64,000 nucleotides of DNA from Dictyostelium discoideum (GCA_000004695.1 CM000151.3:1152001-1216000), one strand, 5' to 3'; counted from the stretch's first letter, positions 37,650 through 49,187 are shown. A program made the numbers and translations. The notes: a model not told the origin generated them from the letters alone.

Positions 37650-38482
37650 TTAATTTCCGAAATATCTTGATGGTCTTGGACATTCACGTGACCATCCTTT
37701 TTGACATAATGGAGTGACACCCCAACCAGTTTCAGCTTGGTTACAAACGCTTGGGAAGAAAGTATCAGTAATATTATCTAAGACACCACCAATAACAACG
37801 ATGTTGTGGTTGATACCATAACCTAATTTGAAGATTTCATTTGAGTCCATTGGTAATTGATTGAAACAACGTTCACAATACATGTTTGAAACGTATGAGG
37901 CAAAGATAACTTTTTGGAATTTAGTCCACATAATAGCAGCAGAGCACCTAAAAATTATTTTTTAAAATTATTAAATTAGTAAGATAAATAAATAAATAAA
38001 ATCATTAAAATAAAAAATATTTACATTGGACATGGTTCACCAGTAGTGTACAATGAATAGTCTTCCCAGGTGGCTTGTTGATACATAGTAGTACAATTCA
38101 TGATAGCTTTAACTTCACCATGATACATTCTTGAACCACCAACGTTAACACCAGTACAGGCAACAGTACCATTTTTGTGGACGATTGCAGCAGCAAATTT
38201 GGAGTTATTTTCAATGGCAATATCAATTGCAATTTGCATATATTTTGAATGGTAAGCTAATTCGGCGGCTGATAAATCTTTAGCATGAGTAATATCAGAC
38301 TAATGGAAAATTAAATAATTAATAATCAATTTTTATTTTATTTTATTTTTTTTTTTTTTGTCAAAATAAATACATACTGGAGCTACATCAAAGTATGGTG
38401 ATGATGGGCATTTTGAGTGATCAGCAAATACTGATGAGAATGAAAGGGTGACTAATAATAATACAAATAAAAATAATCTCAT
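37650..38482 (-). CDS. Cytidine/dCMP deaminase-fold (CDA) zinc enzyme with a predicted N-terminal signal peptide, about 225 aa. Three exons: 38482..38378, 38299..38025, 37947..37650.
   Basis: The signal-like N-terminus is MRLFLFVLLLVTLSFSSVFA. The zinc motifs are HGEVKAI (H-x-E) and TTGEPCPM|CSAAIMW (PCxxC), and the latter is split by a phase-2 intron (GTAAAT..TTTTAG). Codon usage is C-ending-rich (ACC, GGT, TTC), which suggests a well-expressed gene. Exon junction coordinates are +/-1 nt. Confidence 0.65.
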
Positions 38483-39465
38483 TTTATTTTTTTGTTTATG
38501 ATTTTAATGTTACAAATTTAATGTTGGTAATGAAAAAAATATAAAAAAAAACTTTCCTTTTTATACACTTTTTTTTTCTTTTTTTTTTTCTTTTTTTCAT
38601 ATTTTTTTAATTATTTTAACAAAAAAAAAAAAAAAAAAAAAAAAAAAGAAAATTATAATAAATAAATATCTTAAAAAAAAAAAAATCTTTATTGTCTATT
38701 TTTCCGACCATTAATAATATTTTTATTATTATATTACTTATTTTTTTATTGATTTATTTTTTATTTTTTTCTTTTTAATTTTCCTTTATTTTTTTTTATC
38801 TGTTCGTTTATTGGGGGAAATTATCACCAATCTCTTTTAAAAAAAAATAATTTGCGAACGAAATCAATTGATTCCAGTGTGTCTCTTTTCGAAATGATAA
38901 ATCTTTGCAACGAGATTAAAAATCAAACCGACCAATCATTTTCACAAAGAAAAACTTTTTTATCCGAATAATAAAGAAAACTATAAGATTTATTTCAGAT
39001 ATTTTTTAAAACAGTTTTTTTTTTTTTCTAAAATTTTTATTTTTTATTTTCATACTATCAGAAAAATTAAGAAATCTTTTTTTTGAAATTTTGGATGACA
39101 AAAAAAAAAAAATAAAATAAAAACAAAATAAAATAAATTTACCAAATGATTGTTTTCAAAAAAAAATTTAAAAAAAAAAAAAAAAAATCAGATATTAAAT
39201 TTCGTGCTTTTTCGAATATTAACCAATCAAACCTAACGAGTTCGCTCGTTTTTTTTTCTGAAATAAAAAAAAAAAAAAGAAACAAAATCGTTATTTGTCC
39301 ACGTTGTCTGAAATTTTAGTTTATGCTGTACAAGTTTGAGTAAATATATATATTTTTTTTTTTAATCATTTTTCTTGAATCATTCTTTTTTTTTTTAATC
39401 ATTTTTCTTGTATCATTCTTTTTTTTTTTCAAAGAAAAAGGTTCATCGTTCGATTATTATTTTTG

Positions 39466-39529
<64 letters not shown>

Positions 39530-39532
39530 GTT

Positions 39533-39563
<31 letters not shown>

Positions 39564-39982
39564 TTTGATAACGTGGTGAAGGATTTGAAGTTGTTCACTT
39601 AATCTAAAATTTCCAAAACTAAACTTTGATGCATTAGTATTTGTAATCGAGAATGGATTATATGTTGGTTTAGTTGAAAATAGACCTCTATTTATCTATA
39701 TTAACTAATTTATTTAATTTACAAATTTTTTTTTAAATGTTTATTTATCTATTTATTCAACATATTTTTTGTTAAATAATAAAATAAAAATAACCACTAA
39801 AATTGATTAATTAACCATTGTTTTTGAATTTTATCAATTGTATTTTTTTTATAACATCATTAATGCCATTAAACTCATGTTACTTTTTTAAAAGTATTTG
39901 CTCTTTTTTTTAAGGTTTTTTTATTAAAATTGGGAGATTTTGAAGAATTATCAGGAACATATAATCTATCATTTGGTGAACA

Positions 39983-41169
39983 ATGAAGGCACAAGATGAT
40001 GAAATAATGAATGAATATTCAATAGATGATTATGATGCAAATGAAAGTTCAGATACTGATGAATACATATATGATGGTTTAGAACTTGAAGATAAAATTA
40101 GAACATACAACATACAAGTAATAATTTTATTTAAAAGAAATCAAATATTTCAAGTAATTGAAAAATTTAATAAAGATTCAAAGAATTTATCAAAAAACAA
40201 ACAATGTTCAATTGATTATTAGATTTAGAAAAAGTTCAAACTGGTATTATTGAAAATGAACAAGGTGCAAATTTAATATTAGATTTATTAGTAAAACCAA
40301 TAGCAAGATATAAAGATAATTCATATACCATCTTGGTTTAATAAATCAATTAAAGAAATTGCACCAAATCAAGTTAAATATATCAAAAAGGAAAGATTAC
40401 AACATTTTAAATTATATCCATTAGAATTTATTAAAAATTTAAAAAGTGGTTCAGAATTTTTAAATCATTTTACAGAACAAGATATTATAGAATCAATTAA
40501 TAATTTAAAAGAAGAAGAACAAGAATCAATTGATAGTAGTGATAAAGTTGATAGTATATTATATATGATCATTATTTATTAACAGCACACAAGTTAAATC
40601 CAGATAAATGGGAAGATTTTGGAGTTGTAGCAAAGTTATTGGATATTCAAACTCTTGATATTCAAGTAAACGTTGCTAGTAGTTTAAATCCACTCTCAAG
40701 TAATCATTCAAATTATCACCACCAGCACCAAATTCAACATCAATTACAACATCAAATAACCAGTATCACAATCGAAACAATTGCAGCTCATGAATCAATT
40801 CTTGATACTCTTCAAATCCAGTCAGTAAATGGTATCTCTGAAAAAGAAAATGAGACAAAATCTCAACAAGCCACCCTAGAGAATGAAATTACGCTCTAAA
40901 GTTGATTGATGCAACCCATTGTTATCACAGATGGTAGTAACAGAAGCACAAGCAACAATACCACCACTATAATCAGAATCCTTATAGTAGTCAATCACCA
41001 CTTCTACAGCCAATTATCGTGGAGCAATGAGACTTATAATATCAATTCAAAAGGATTTATACTTTGTAAAATAATAATAATAGTAGACAACAACAATAAC
41101 AACAACAACAACAGCAGCAACAACCATTCAACAAGTTTATCAAGTTTAAATTCTGTTGATGTGTTGTAG
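39983..41169 (+). pseudogene. Decayed protein-coding locus of unknown identity. The coding-like ORF pieces sit in three different frames and are separated by stops and frameshifts.
   Basis: Segments with coding composition (about 30 % G+C against <15 % in flanks) translate to MKAQDDEIMNEYSIDDYDANESSDTDEYIYDGLELEDKIRTYNIQ..*. Further pieces are LDLEKVQTGIIENEQGANLILDLLVKPIARYKDNSYTILV*, then SWFNKSIKEIAPNQVKYIKKERLQHFKLYPLEFIKNLKSGSEFLNHFTEQDIIESINNLKEEEQESIDSSDKVDSILYMIIIY*, and AHKLNPDKWEDFGVVAKLLDIQTLDIQVNVASS...ENEITL*. Successive pieces need +1/-1 shifts that no GT..AG intron explains. Confidence 0.45.
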
Positions 41170-41193
41170 CGAATTTTTTCACCCACTGTATAA

Positions 41194-41224
<31 letters not shown>

Positions 41225-41465
41225 AAAAATATAAATAAAATATAATAATAAAAAAAAAAATAGTGCTAATAAAAAAAAAAAAAAAAAAAAAAATAATGAT
41301 AATAATAACAATTATAATTAATATAATGAATAATAAAAAAAAAAAAAAATAATAATAATAATAACAAATAATAATAATAATAAATAATAAAAAGAAAAAA
41401 AATTTGCATAATTCAATATAAAGCAAATTAAATTAAGTTTTGTTTATTTTAATTTTTTAATATTT

Positions 41466-42641
41466 TTATTTTGGTAGAGAACCTTCTAAAGCTAATAAAG
41501 AAAGGGGATGAATTGGTTTGTTTTTATCAACATAATTGAACCAAATTGTTGGTTCTTTACCACGTAAATTGAATGACGTTAATTGATCTAGTGGCACATA
41601 AATAGCGCCCATACTTTCATAATTTGGAATGAGACGAGGTGGTTGATTTTCATCGATTGGTTCAGCATAAAAAATGACACGCATTCGTGAGTAATTAACC
41701 ATTGGACTAAATTCCACTCTGAGTATACCTTTTAATTCAATGTCAATACCAGTTTCTTCTTTTGTTTCTCTGATAGCACATTGTTGTAAAGCTTCATTAA
41801 CATTTAATTTTCCACCAGGTAACCAATACCCACGACCTGCAGCTTCATTGACTAATAAATAAGTATTATTTGATCTTTTTCTAACTACAACCAAACAAAA
41901 TGCATATATTTTTGAGAGTGATAATTGCTTTTCAGTTGGTGCACCTTTTTCACCATGAGATTCATGTAAATGAACACCCATTCTTTCCATTGGTCTAATA
42001 TTACAAATTGGACATAACGGTATTGAATTTTCAATATCATTTAATGAACAATTACAATGAAATATGAAAATATGTTCCCTAAGATGATCTTGGGATAAAT
42101 TTGTTGCAAATCCACTCTTATGACAAATTGTACATTTAAAATCACCAGATTTATCAATTGATGTAGTTTCAACGATTTTCAATGACTCTATAACATCATT
42201 GATTTTATTTGTAACTAATGAACTACCATTTTTAAATAATTTACATAGAAACATTGGGAATAATTTATCATTAATTTCATCTCTTCTTTTAGATTCCATT
42301 GAAATAGTTGAGTCGTCAATATCAATAAAAGTAACAATGAATGAATTCATTTTTCTCTTTTCTCTATATTCCACAATTGTTTTAGTTTTATTATCTATGA
42401 ACTCCATAATAGAACTCTCATTTGAACTTACTTGTTTATCTATTAAAATATGAATTAAAATTGCAACAATTGGATAATCACTTTTATATTCATTTAATAT
42501 TTTATTAGTTTCATTTTCATCACTACTCTTTATTATCTCTTTAAATTTTCCTTGTTTTAAAAAATTATTTAAAAAATTATCTTTTTGATCTTTTGAACTT
42601 TCTTTATTTGAAAAAAATATTGATTCAATTAATAATGACAT
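41466..42641 (-). CDS. Nudix hydrolase with N-terminal C2H2/C4-type zinc-finger region, single exon, 391 aa
   Basis: The Nudix box is GGKLNVNEALQQCAIRETKEETGIDIE (Gx5Ex7REUxEExGU). The upstream Cys/His cluster is CTICHKSGFATNLSQDHLREHIFIFHCNCS..CPICN. The ATG is at 42641. Confidence 0.75.
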   Translation of the reverse strand: MSLLIESIFFSNKESSKDQKDNFLNNFLKQGKFKEIIKSSDENETNKILNEYKSDYPIVAILIHILIDKQVSSNESSIMEFIDNKTKTIVEYREKRKMNSFIVTFIDIDDSTISMESKRRDEINDKLFPMFLCKLFKNGSSLVTNKINDVIESLKIVETTSIDKSGDFKCTICHKSGFATNLSQDHLREHIFIFHCNCSLNDIENSIPLCPICNIRPMERMGVHLHESHGEKGAPTEKQLSLSKIYAFCLVVVRKRSNNTYLLVNEAAGRGYWLPGGKLNVNEALQQCAIRETKEETGIDIELKGILRVEFSPMVNYSRMRVIFYAEPIDENQPPRLIPNYESMGAIYVPLDQLTSFNLRGKEPTIWFNYVDKNKPIHPLSLLALEGSLPK

Positions 42642-42799
42642 TATATTATTTATTATTATTATATGTTGGGCTGTAACTAAATTTTTTTAAAAAAAAAAAA
42701 AATAAAAAAAACAAAATAAAAAAAAAAAAAAAAAAAGGGTGAGAAAAAATAAAGAAAAAATTAAATTAAAAAATTAAATTAAAAAAAAAGATATTTTCA

Positions 42800-43330
42800 A
42801 ATAATTTTTTAGAACTGAGGAGTATTAGTATACATTCTTTTTCTTTGAACATAATCCTATAGGCACCTGTAACAAAATCAAAACATTGTTTATACTTTTC
42901 ATAAGGTAATGACCAAATTATACCTTGATCTATATTTCTACGAACATCAGCAAAGTCACAAATATGAATTCCGTGTCACTATAATAACTTCCATACATTG
43001 CTTTTGGTATTAACTCCCATGCAACTCTATCTGGACCTTTTATTGAACGGTCAAATTGTACGATCATATGTTTTAACATCAGAGTATAAAAACAGTGAAT
43101 TTTACCACTCTGGTAATGGAGGATAAGTTTTACAAAGCTTTGGCCAGTCATCACATAAATAATCATTTTCGTATGAAAATCACAAAATAAATAAATTGTT
43201 AGGAAATACCTCAATTGAATTCTAGTTTTGTTGAAAAAGTCATTTCATCTGATAATGTTTCATTTATTAATGATTTATGCAAAACAATTAAAATCAATTC
43301 AAATGACGATCACAAAGAAGTGCAGTGTTT
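42800..43330. pseudogene. Cluster of short coding-like fragments on both strands separated by frameshifts; gene remnant(s) of unknown identity
   Basis: The minus strand reads ..FDRSIKGPDRVAWELIPKAMYGSYYSDTEFI then shifts frame to CDFADVRRNIDQGIIWSLPYEKYKQCFDFVTGAYRIMFKEKE. The plus strand at 43233-43330 reads SSFVEKVISSDNVSFINDLCKTIKINSNDDHKEVQC*. The composition is coding-like, but no frame stays open for more than about 95 codons. Confidence 0.35.
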
Positions 43331-43389
43331 ATAAAACAATTAAATAATTTTAAAGAATATTAAAAAAAGGATCATTTTTTTAAATAAAA

Positions 43390-43730
43390 TAAATATAATA
43401 AAGTTTTTGTAAAAAAAAATTTTTAATTATTATTATTTATTTTTTTAAAAATTATTTAATTTTATTTATCATGGTTAATTTGCTTTAACTCTTATGCTTT
43501 AATTTCTTTTGTTAATTTTGAAGCCCACGGACACCAGAAGTAACTATTGAATCATTTATTTATTTTATTTTTAAAAAAAAATATGTTAAATTGTATTTTT
43601 TAATTTTCAAATTTTTATTTAATTGAATACATACCCTGGGAGGAAAGCTATTATTTATTGTTTTATAAATAATAAAAATAGTCATAATAAAAATAATAAT
43701 AATAATAATAATTATAATAATAATAATAAT

Positions 43731-43776
<46 letters not shown>

Positions 43777-43800
43777 GTGGAATTCATTCCCCATCTATTT
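43390..43800 (+). repeat. Dispersed repeat copy 1 (about 350 bp unique part, then an (AAT)n/(ATT)n tail of about 100 bp)
   Basis: This copy shares about 85-90 % identity with 45850..46250. Shared blocks include catggNtaatttNaNtttaactctNatgNttt, ttaattttgaagNccaNggacaccagaagNaactattgaat and tacataccctgggaggaaagctattatttattgtttta, followed by the trinucleotide tract. The two copies lie in the same orientation. Confidence 0.8.
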
Positions 43801-44077
43801 AATGATATTCACCCAAGATTAATTTTTTTTTTTTTAATTAATTATTAAAAAATTAATTTCATTGGCCCCACAAACCAAGATTTCATTTTTTTTTGAAATT
43901 ACATTTTATTAAGCTATAATTAAAATTTCAAACATAATTTATATTTTTTTTTTTTTTTTTTTTTTTTATTCTTCATAAAACAAACTACATTCTTATTAAT
44001 TTACTATACAAATTAATTTCAAATTTAAAAATATGAAATTATTATATTTTATAGTGTTTTTATTAATTGCTTTAAAA

Positions 44078-44157
44078 CTTTGTTTTTCAGAGTATTGCGG
44101 GGAGACTTATCGCAATACTCTGCCCAACAAAGTTTTAAAGCAATTATTAGAAAATAG
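44078..44157. repeat. Near-perfect 80-bp palindrome (inverted repeat with stems of about 34 nt around an 11-nt loop)
   Basis: ttgctttaaaactttgtttttcagagtattgcg-gggagacttat-cgcaatactctgcccaacaaagttttaaagcaatt. The left arm is the reverse complement of the right arm apart from a 3-nt bulge. Confidence 0.85.
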
Positions 44158-44199
44158 AAATTGTTATTCATTTATAGGTTGTAGAAATTAAACATGTTT

Positions 44200-44640
44200 A
44201 TATGAAACAATAGATTTGGAAGATGAAGTTGATTGTACAGTCATGTATCGACTGTTTTGATAGATATGGTGTTAAAAATACTCCAAATGATTCATTATGC
44301 ACCATGTGATATGTTTCTATGTGATACTCAAATTGGTTGTGTTGCTATACCAAAAGCAAATTGTCCAGAACCAAACCAATGTTAAATTCCATTAGTCTGT
44401 AATAGAGAAACTGATATTTGCGAATACGATGAAATTGATTGTGATGATGATAATGAATGTACCAATGACTATTGTGACCCAATAATAGGAGAATGTGTCC
44501 ACTTTTCCAATGATACCATTTGTTCAACTAAAGCAAGTAACTTCTCTAGTTGTTTCCATAGTGGAATATGTGGTGAGTTTGGCTGTAAATTTATAGAAGA
44601 CAGTTGTTAATGATGGTTGTAATCCTTTTGATTTTAATAA
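44200..44640 (+). pseudogene. Frameshifted fragment of a Cys-rich extracellular (EGF/Cys-knot-like) protein
   Basis: One frame reads CDTQIGCVAIPKANCPEPNQC* and then IPLVCNRETDICEYDEIDCDDDNECTNDYCDPIIGECVHFSNDTICSTKASNFSSCFHSGICGEFGCKFIEDSC*. A neighbouring frame reads MKLIVQSCIDCFDRYGVKNTPNDSLCTM*. The Cx(3-5)C spacing resembles the Cys-rich module of the PA14/Psi-like gene at 10.3 kb. Stops and shifts cannot be removed by canonical introns. Confidence 0.4.
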
Positions 44641-45849
44641 GATTTTGTCAACTTTACAAATATTATTAAAAATTTTAATTTTATCTTGATCAGTATGATT
44701 TGAAATGAATGGTTCACTTTTTCTTGATAAAACTATTAATAAATTATCTATTGGTATTGTTGGATTTTTCCAAATTAATCTTACAACTCCAAATTTAATT
44801 CATTTATTTTTGATTTAAAATTTTTTATTCCTTTTTTTTATTATTTTTTTATACATTTTTTTTTTTTTTTTTTTTTTTTCACATTTCAACATTAGCGAAA
44901 AGTAATTCTATGAGGCGCTGGTGGGTTCAATTGAAAAATTTATAACTAAATAAGCTTATTCTAAAGTGAAAACAATAAACAAATATTTTAAAATAAATAA
45001 AATAACAAAATGATTTAAAATTACAAAATAAATAAAATGAAAAAACGATTTTTTATATTCATCTTTATAAACACTTAGTTTATTATTTATTTTCGTCATT
45101 TTAATCATTTTTGTTTTATTATTTATTTTCATCATTTTATAAAAATTATTAGATTAATGGTAAAAAATCAAATGTTATCCAAATTGATTCATCGTTCTTT
45201 GTTAAATTATCACCATCATCAGTTCTACATAATGGAGGTATAATGGACAGGTGGATGAATGGAACAAAAAGTACGGGTATACCCGAACCACTAACAGAAT
45301 CAACGGCGGCACAATTAGTTTCCAACTTTTTGTTTTAGTTTACATCATGGAACCATAACATAACGCATACCAAACTCTGGTTACGTTCTAAATTTAAATG
45401 AACATTCATGAAAATTCTTCTTTTTTTCTTTTGAATCTTTATCTTTTTTACTATTATTATTATTAATTATTATTATTATTTTTATTATTAATAATATTTC
45501 CAAAATAATATTTTTTTTTAATTTATTTTTGACTGGTTTATTTTTTAGGGAATAAAATAAAGTAGTTGGAGTAAAAAAAAAATTAAAAAATTGAAAAAAA
45601 AAAAAAAAAAAAAAAAATAATTCGTGATGATCATCAAATGGTTCATACAGATATAAAACGCACACTTTTAGTTGAAAATGATGGTAGATTCTTTATTGGT
45701 GATTTTGGAAGAGCAAAATAAAAGTAAAAAAAATTATAGTTTAAATAAAAAATAAAACAATATTATATTGTATAAGGAAAATTTTAAATAAAAATAATAA
45801 TAAAAATAATAAAAATAATAATAGTAATAATATATATATGTTTTTTTTA

Positions 45850-46250
<401 letters not shown>

Positions 46251-46279
46251 ATTAGTTTTTAATTAAAAGTTTATATTTT

Positions 46280-46810
46280 TATATGTTAAAATACTTACCA
46301 CCACAGGCCTCATCAAGGTGATCTTCTACATAATTAGTTGTGGCATCACAAACTTCAATAGCCATATTAAAAAATGTGACTGTATCTGGGTCAATAATAA
46401 AGGAATAATCTAAAAGTGATGAAATGAAATTAATAAAATAATTGAATAATAATTGATTAAATCTTAAATAAAAAATCAAAAGAATATTTACGTGGATTAT
46501 AGCTTTCATTTCTCTTTTTAATTCTACCCATTACATGAACTTCATCAGATTCCTCTATTTTAAATATTGTTAGCATATGTATTTATATAAAAAATGATGT
46601 TTATTATTGTTATTATCAATGTTTTATAAATTTTATACTCACTTCCAGACAAAATATCTCTGGCTTTTTTAATTTTTTCTGAATCAGTTAATTTGAAAAT
46701 AAAATCATTATGGTCTCCATAGGTTTTTAAACCAAAATAGGCTGTTTCAGATTGTACCAATAATGAAAATGTTAAAAGAAGAGATAATAATACTAATAAT
46801 AATTTCATTT
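46280..46810 (-). CDS. Small secreted-protein gene (signal peptide) with at least two or three short exons. The 3' end is unresolved and may run into dispersed-repeat copy 2.
   Basis: Exon 1 begins at ATG 46810 and reads MKLLLVLLSLLLTFSLLVQSE|TAYFGLKTYGDHNDFIFKLTDSEKIKKARDILSG. A GTGAGT donor follows. A second exon (ESDEVHVMGRIKKRNESYNP..) has an internal GTAAAT donor and could splice to a third (YSFIIDPDTVTFFNMAIEVCDATTNYVEDHLDEACGG). That third exon ends at a strong GGTG|GTAAGT donor at about 46285 with no obvious partner exon downstream. Confidence 0.35.
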
Positions 46811-47013
46811 TAATATTTTATTTTTTTATTTTATTTAAATTTGTTATTTACAATTGAATAATTATTTGAGAATGAAATAAATTTATTTTTTTCTATTGTT
46901 TAAATAGCTTTAAAAAAAAATAATATTAATAAAAAAAAAATTAATTACTTGAGTGTTTTTTAAACTGTTGGGATGATAAAAACGTAAAATAAATTTAACC
47001 CACTCATGGGGTA

Positions 47014-47059
<46 letters not shown>

Positions 47060-47092
47060 GTAAAAATATATTTTGCTCTTTATAATAATAAC

Positions 47093-47231
47093 AACTGAGG
47101 AAAAAAAATAATCACTTTAAATCTTCCGTGGTTGGATCTGTCAAAAAAAAAAAAAAAAAAAAAAAAAAAATAAAAATAAATATAACTGAGGAAAAAAAAT
47201 AATCACTTCAAATCTTCCGTGGTTGGATCTG
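47093..47231 (+). repeat. Two copies of a 52-bp direct repeat separated by poly(A)
   Basis: aactgaggaaaaaaaataatcact(t/c)taaatcttccgtggttggatctgt occurs at 47093-47144 and 47177-47229 with one mismatch. It has a GC-rich core, cttccgtggttggatctg. Confidence 0.85.
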
Positions 47232-47469
47232 TAAAAAAAAAAAAAAAAAAAAATTAATAAAAAAAAAAAAAAAAATAATAAATATTAATAAAAAATAAAA
47301 GTTAATTGAAATTTTGTAAAATAAAAATAAATATAAAAAAATATTCTTTCTATATTTAAAAAAAAATAAAAAAAATGCAATTATTATTTATCTATGTGGA
47401 AATAAAGAAAACAAAATTTTTTTTGGGCTAATAATTTTATTAAGAATCAAAAAAATTATTTCACCATTA

Positions 47470-47645
47470 ATATTTATTTATCAGATATAGCTTCTAAAGA
47501 AAATAAATGGATTGAAAATCTTGGGATTGGTAATAGAATTACTGTGAATTCCTTTCCTGCATCAAATTTTTCAGTTTCAATTACAAATCTATCATACCAT
47601 TGATAAGTTCTATTTTGATGAAATGTCAAACGAGTAACCATATTT
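47470..47645. repeat. About 170-bp direct repeat, copy A; the paralogous copy B is at 48870..49000
   Basis: About 70 % nucleotide identity with co-linear blocks (aaaatctt..cagtttcaa..acaaatctatcata..accat). Both copies are open in one frame on each strand, e.g. minus-strand MVTRLTFHQNRTYQWYDRFVIETEKFDAGKEF against ..YDRFVFETERFVDTSNL. The two copies flank the oxygenase pseudogene. Confidence 0.6.
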
Positions 47646-48289
47646 TTAATATATAGTAGAATAATTATAATGATAATGATAATTTATAATTATTCTACTA
47701 TATATTAATCTCACGTGTTTTATTATTATTATTATTATTATAATTATTATAATTATTATTATTATTATTATTATTATAATTATTATTATTATTATTATTC
47801 TTTTTAATAATTATTTTTATTGATTTTATATTGAGATTATTATAAATTAAATGACCTTAAAAATTTTTTATTAGCCAATTTTATCATATTAACTTTTGAT
47901 ACCAATTTTATCACATTAAATTCACCCCGCTAGTTTTACCATATTAATTTCAGCCTAAAAATAGGTGCTCTATGCATGCTAAAATTACCGATGTTAGTTA
48001 TTTTTAGTTTTTTATTTTTTTTATACTTCTTTATCAAAAATGATCTTTGGCGTGTGAAGGTTTCATAGAACCAATTGAACAATAAGAAAACTAAAAACCC
48101 AAGATGACCTTTTAAAAGCATTAACTAAATTAACCGAAACTAGAATTTTTTCTTTTAAAATATTTACAATGGAATTTTGCACGTATGTAAATTAAATTTA
48201 TTATTATAATTAATTTAAAAAAAGTAAAAAAATCTAACCTTTTAATTTTATTTTAGTAAATTATTAGAAGAGATTGAAAATTTTAAAAA

Positions 48290-48700
48290 TACAGGAATAC
48301 CAACAGCAAGACCAAACTCTATGAATTATTATGGTGCAGTATACGTTGAAATGAGATTCACCGAATTTTTTAAACAACTTAGAGAAGATTATTTATCATT
48401 ATTCACATCAATTCTATATAAAGATTACAGTGGTGAAAAGTTAAATAGTCATCATGCATTTGCGGTTCAATATAAAATGGATTAAGAAAAAGAATTGATA
48501 AATCTGATATAACTGTAAATTTATGTTTAGGTAGCGAATTCACTGGTGGTTCTTTATACTTTAAAGGAATTTTAGATAAACCTGAAACTCAATAATGAAG
48601 ACTTTGAATTCAAACATATCCCAGGTGTAGCTTTAATTCATATTGGTGTTCATCGTCATGGTGCATTGGGTTTAACAATCAGAGTCAAAATTAGAATAAT
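48290..48700 (+). pseudogene. 2OG-Fe(II) oxygenase (prolyl-4-hydroxylase-like, 2OG-FeII_Oxy_3-type) pseudogene with in-frame stops and frameshifts
   Basis: Consecutive pieces in different frames match the fold's conserved order. They are ..GEKLNSHHAFAVQYKMD* (the HxD region), RIDKSDITVNLCLGSEFTGGSLYFKG (TVLxYLN..GGxLxF), and EDFEFKHIPGVALIHIGVHRHGALGLTIRVKI (distal His and RxS region). Two frame changes and at least 3 stops are present. Confidence 0.55.
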
Positions 48701-48869
48701 AAATAATAATAATAATATTGTACACTCTAATAAACATTTGTACATAAGATGTTTTTTTTTTCTTTTTTTTTAATATTTAATTATACATGTTTTAAAATTA
48801 AATAATTATAATTTATTTTTTTTTTTTTTTTTATTAGTCAATAATAGCCTCAAAGGTCTTTAATAAATG

Positions 48870-49000
48870 GACGTAAAATCTTTCTATTCGTAAAATGAGT
48901 ATTGTAAATTTGAAGTATCAACAAATCTTTCAGTTTCAAAAACAAATCTATCATATATTGAATATTTTGAAATTTGCTGTTACTCTTGTACCATTATTCT
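48870..49000. repeat. About 170-bp direct repeat, copy B (see 47470..47645)
   Basis: Paralogous to copy A, in the same orientation, immediately downstream of the oxygenase pseudogene. Confidence 0.6.
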
Positions 49001-49187
49001 AATTTTGATTTTATTTGAGGTATTATTAAGTCTATAAATTGGTACATGTCAATATTATAGTTTGGTTAAGTTTCCTCTTTTTGAAAAAGTCAATATTTTG
49101 AGTCTCATTATTGGAATTGTTGAACCTGTTGAAATCAGAAAATAATTTTCAAAGAAAAAAAAAAAAAGTTGTATATATTTTTATTTT

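Noticed and set aside
39983-41169. Rescuing the 39.98-41.17 kb ORF cluster as one intact spliced gene
   Set aside because: Frame changes occur within continuous coding-like sequence without any GT..AG pair of plausible size between them (e.g. ..NSYTILV* to SWFNKSIK.., and ..LYMIIIY* to AHKLNPDKW..). A frameshifted pseudogene (or sequence error) is more parsimonious. The identity of the ancestral protein remains unknown to me.
43560-43787. 75-aa poly-Ile ORF and similar (TAA)n/(ATT)n-derived ORFs (12599-12847, 23974-24237, 28969-29193, 33505-33748, 41034-41426)
   Set aside because: They are translations of trinucleotide microsatellites in introns or spacers, with no coding signal beyond the repeat.
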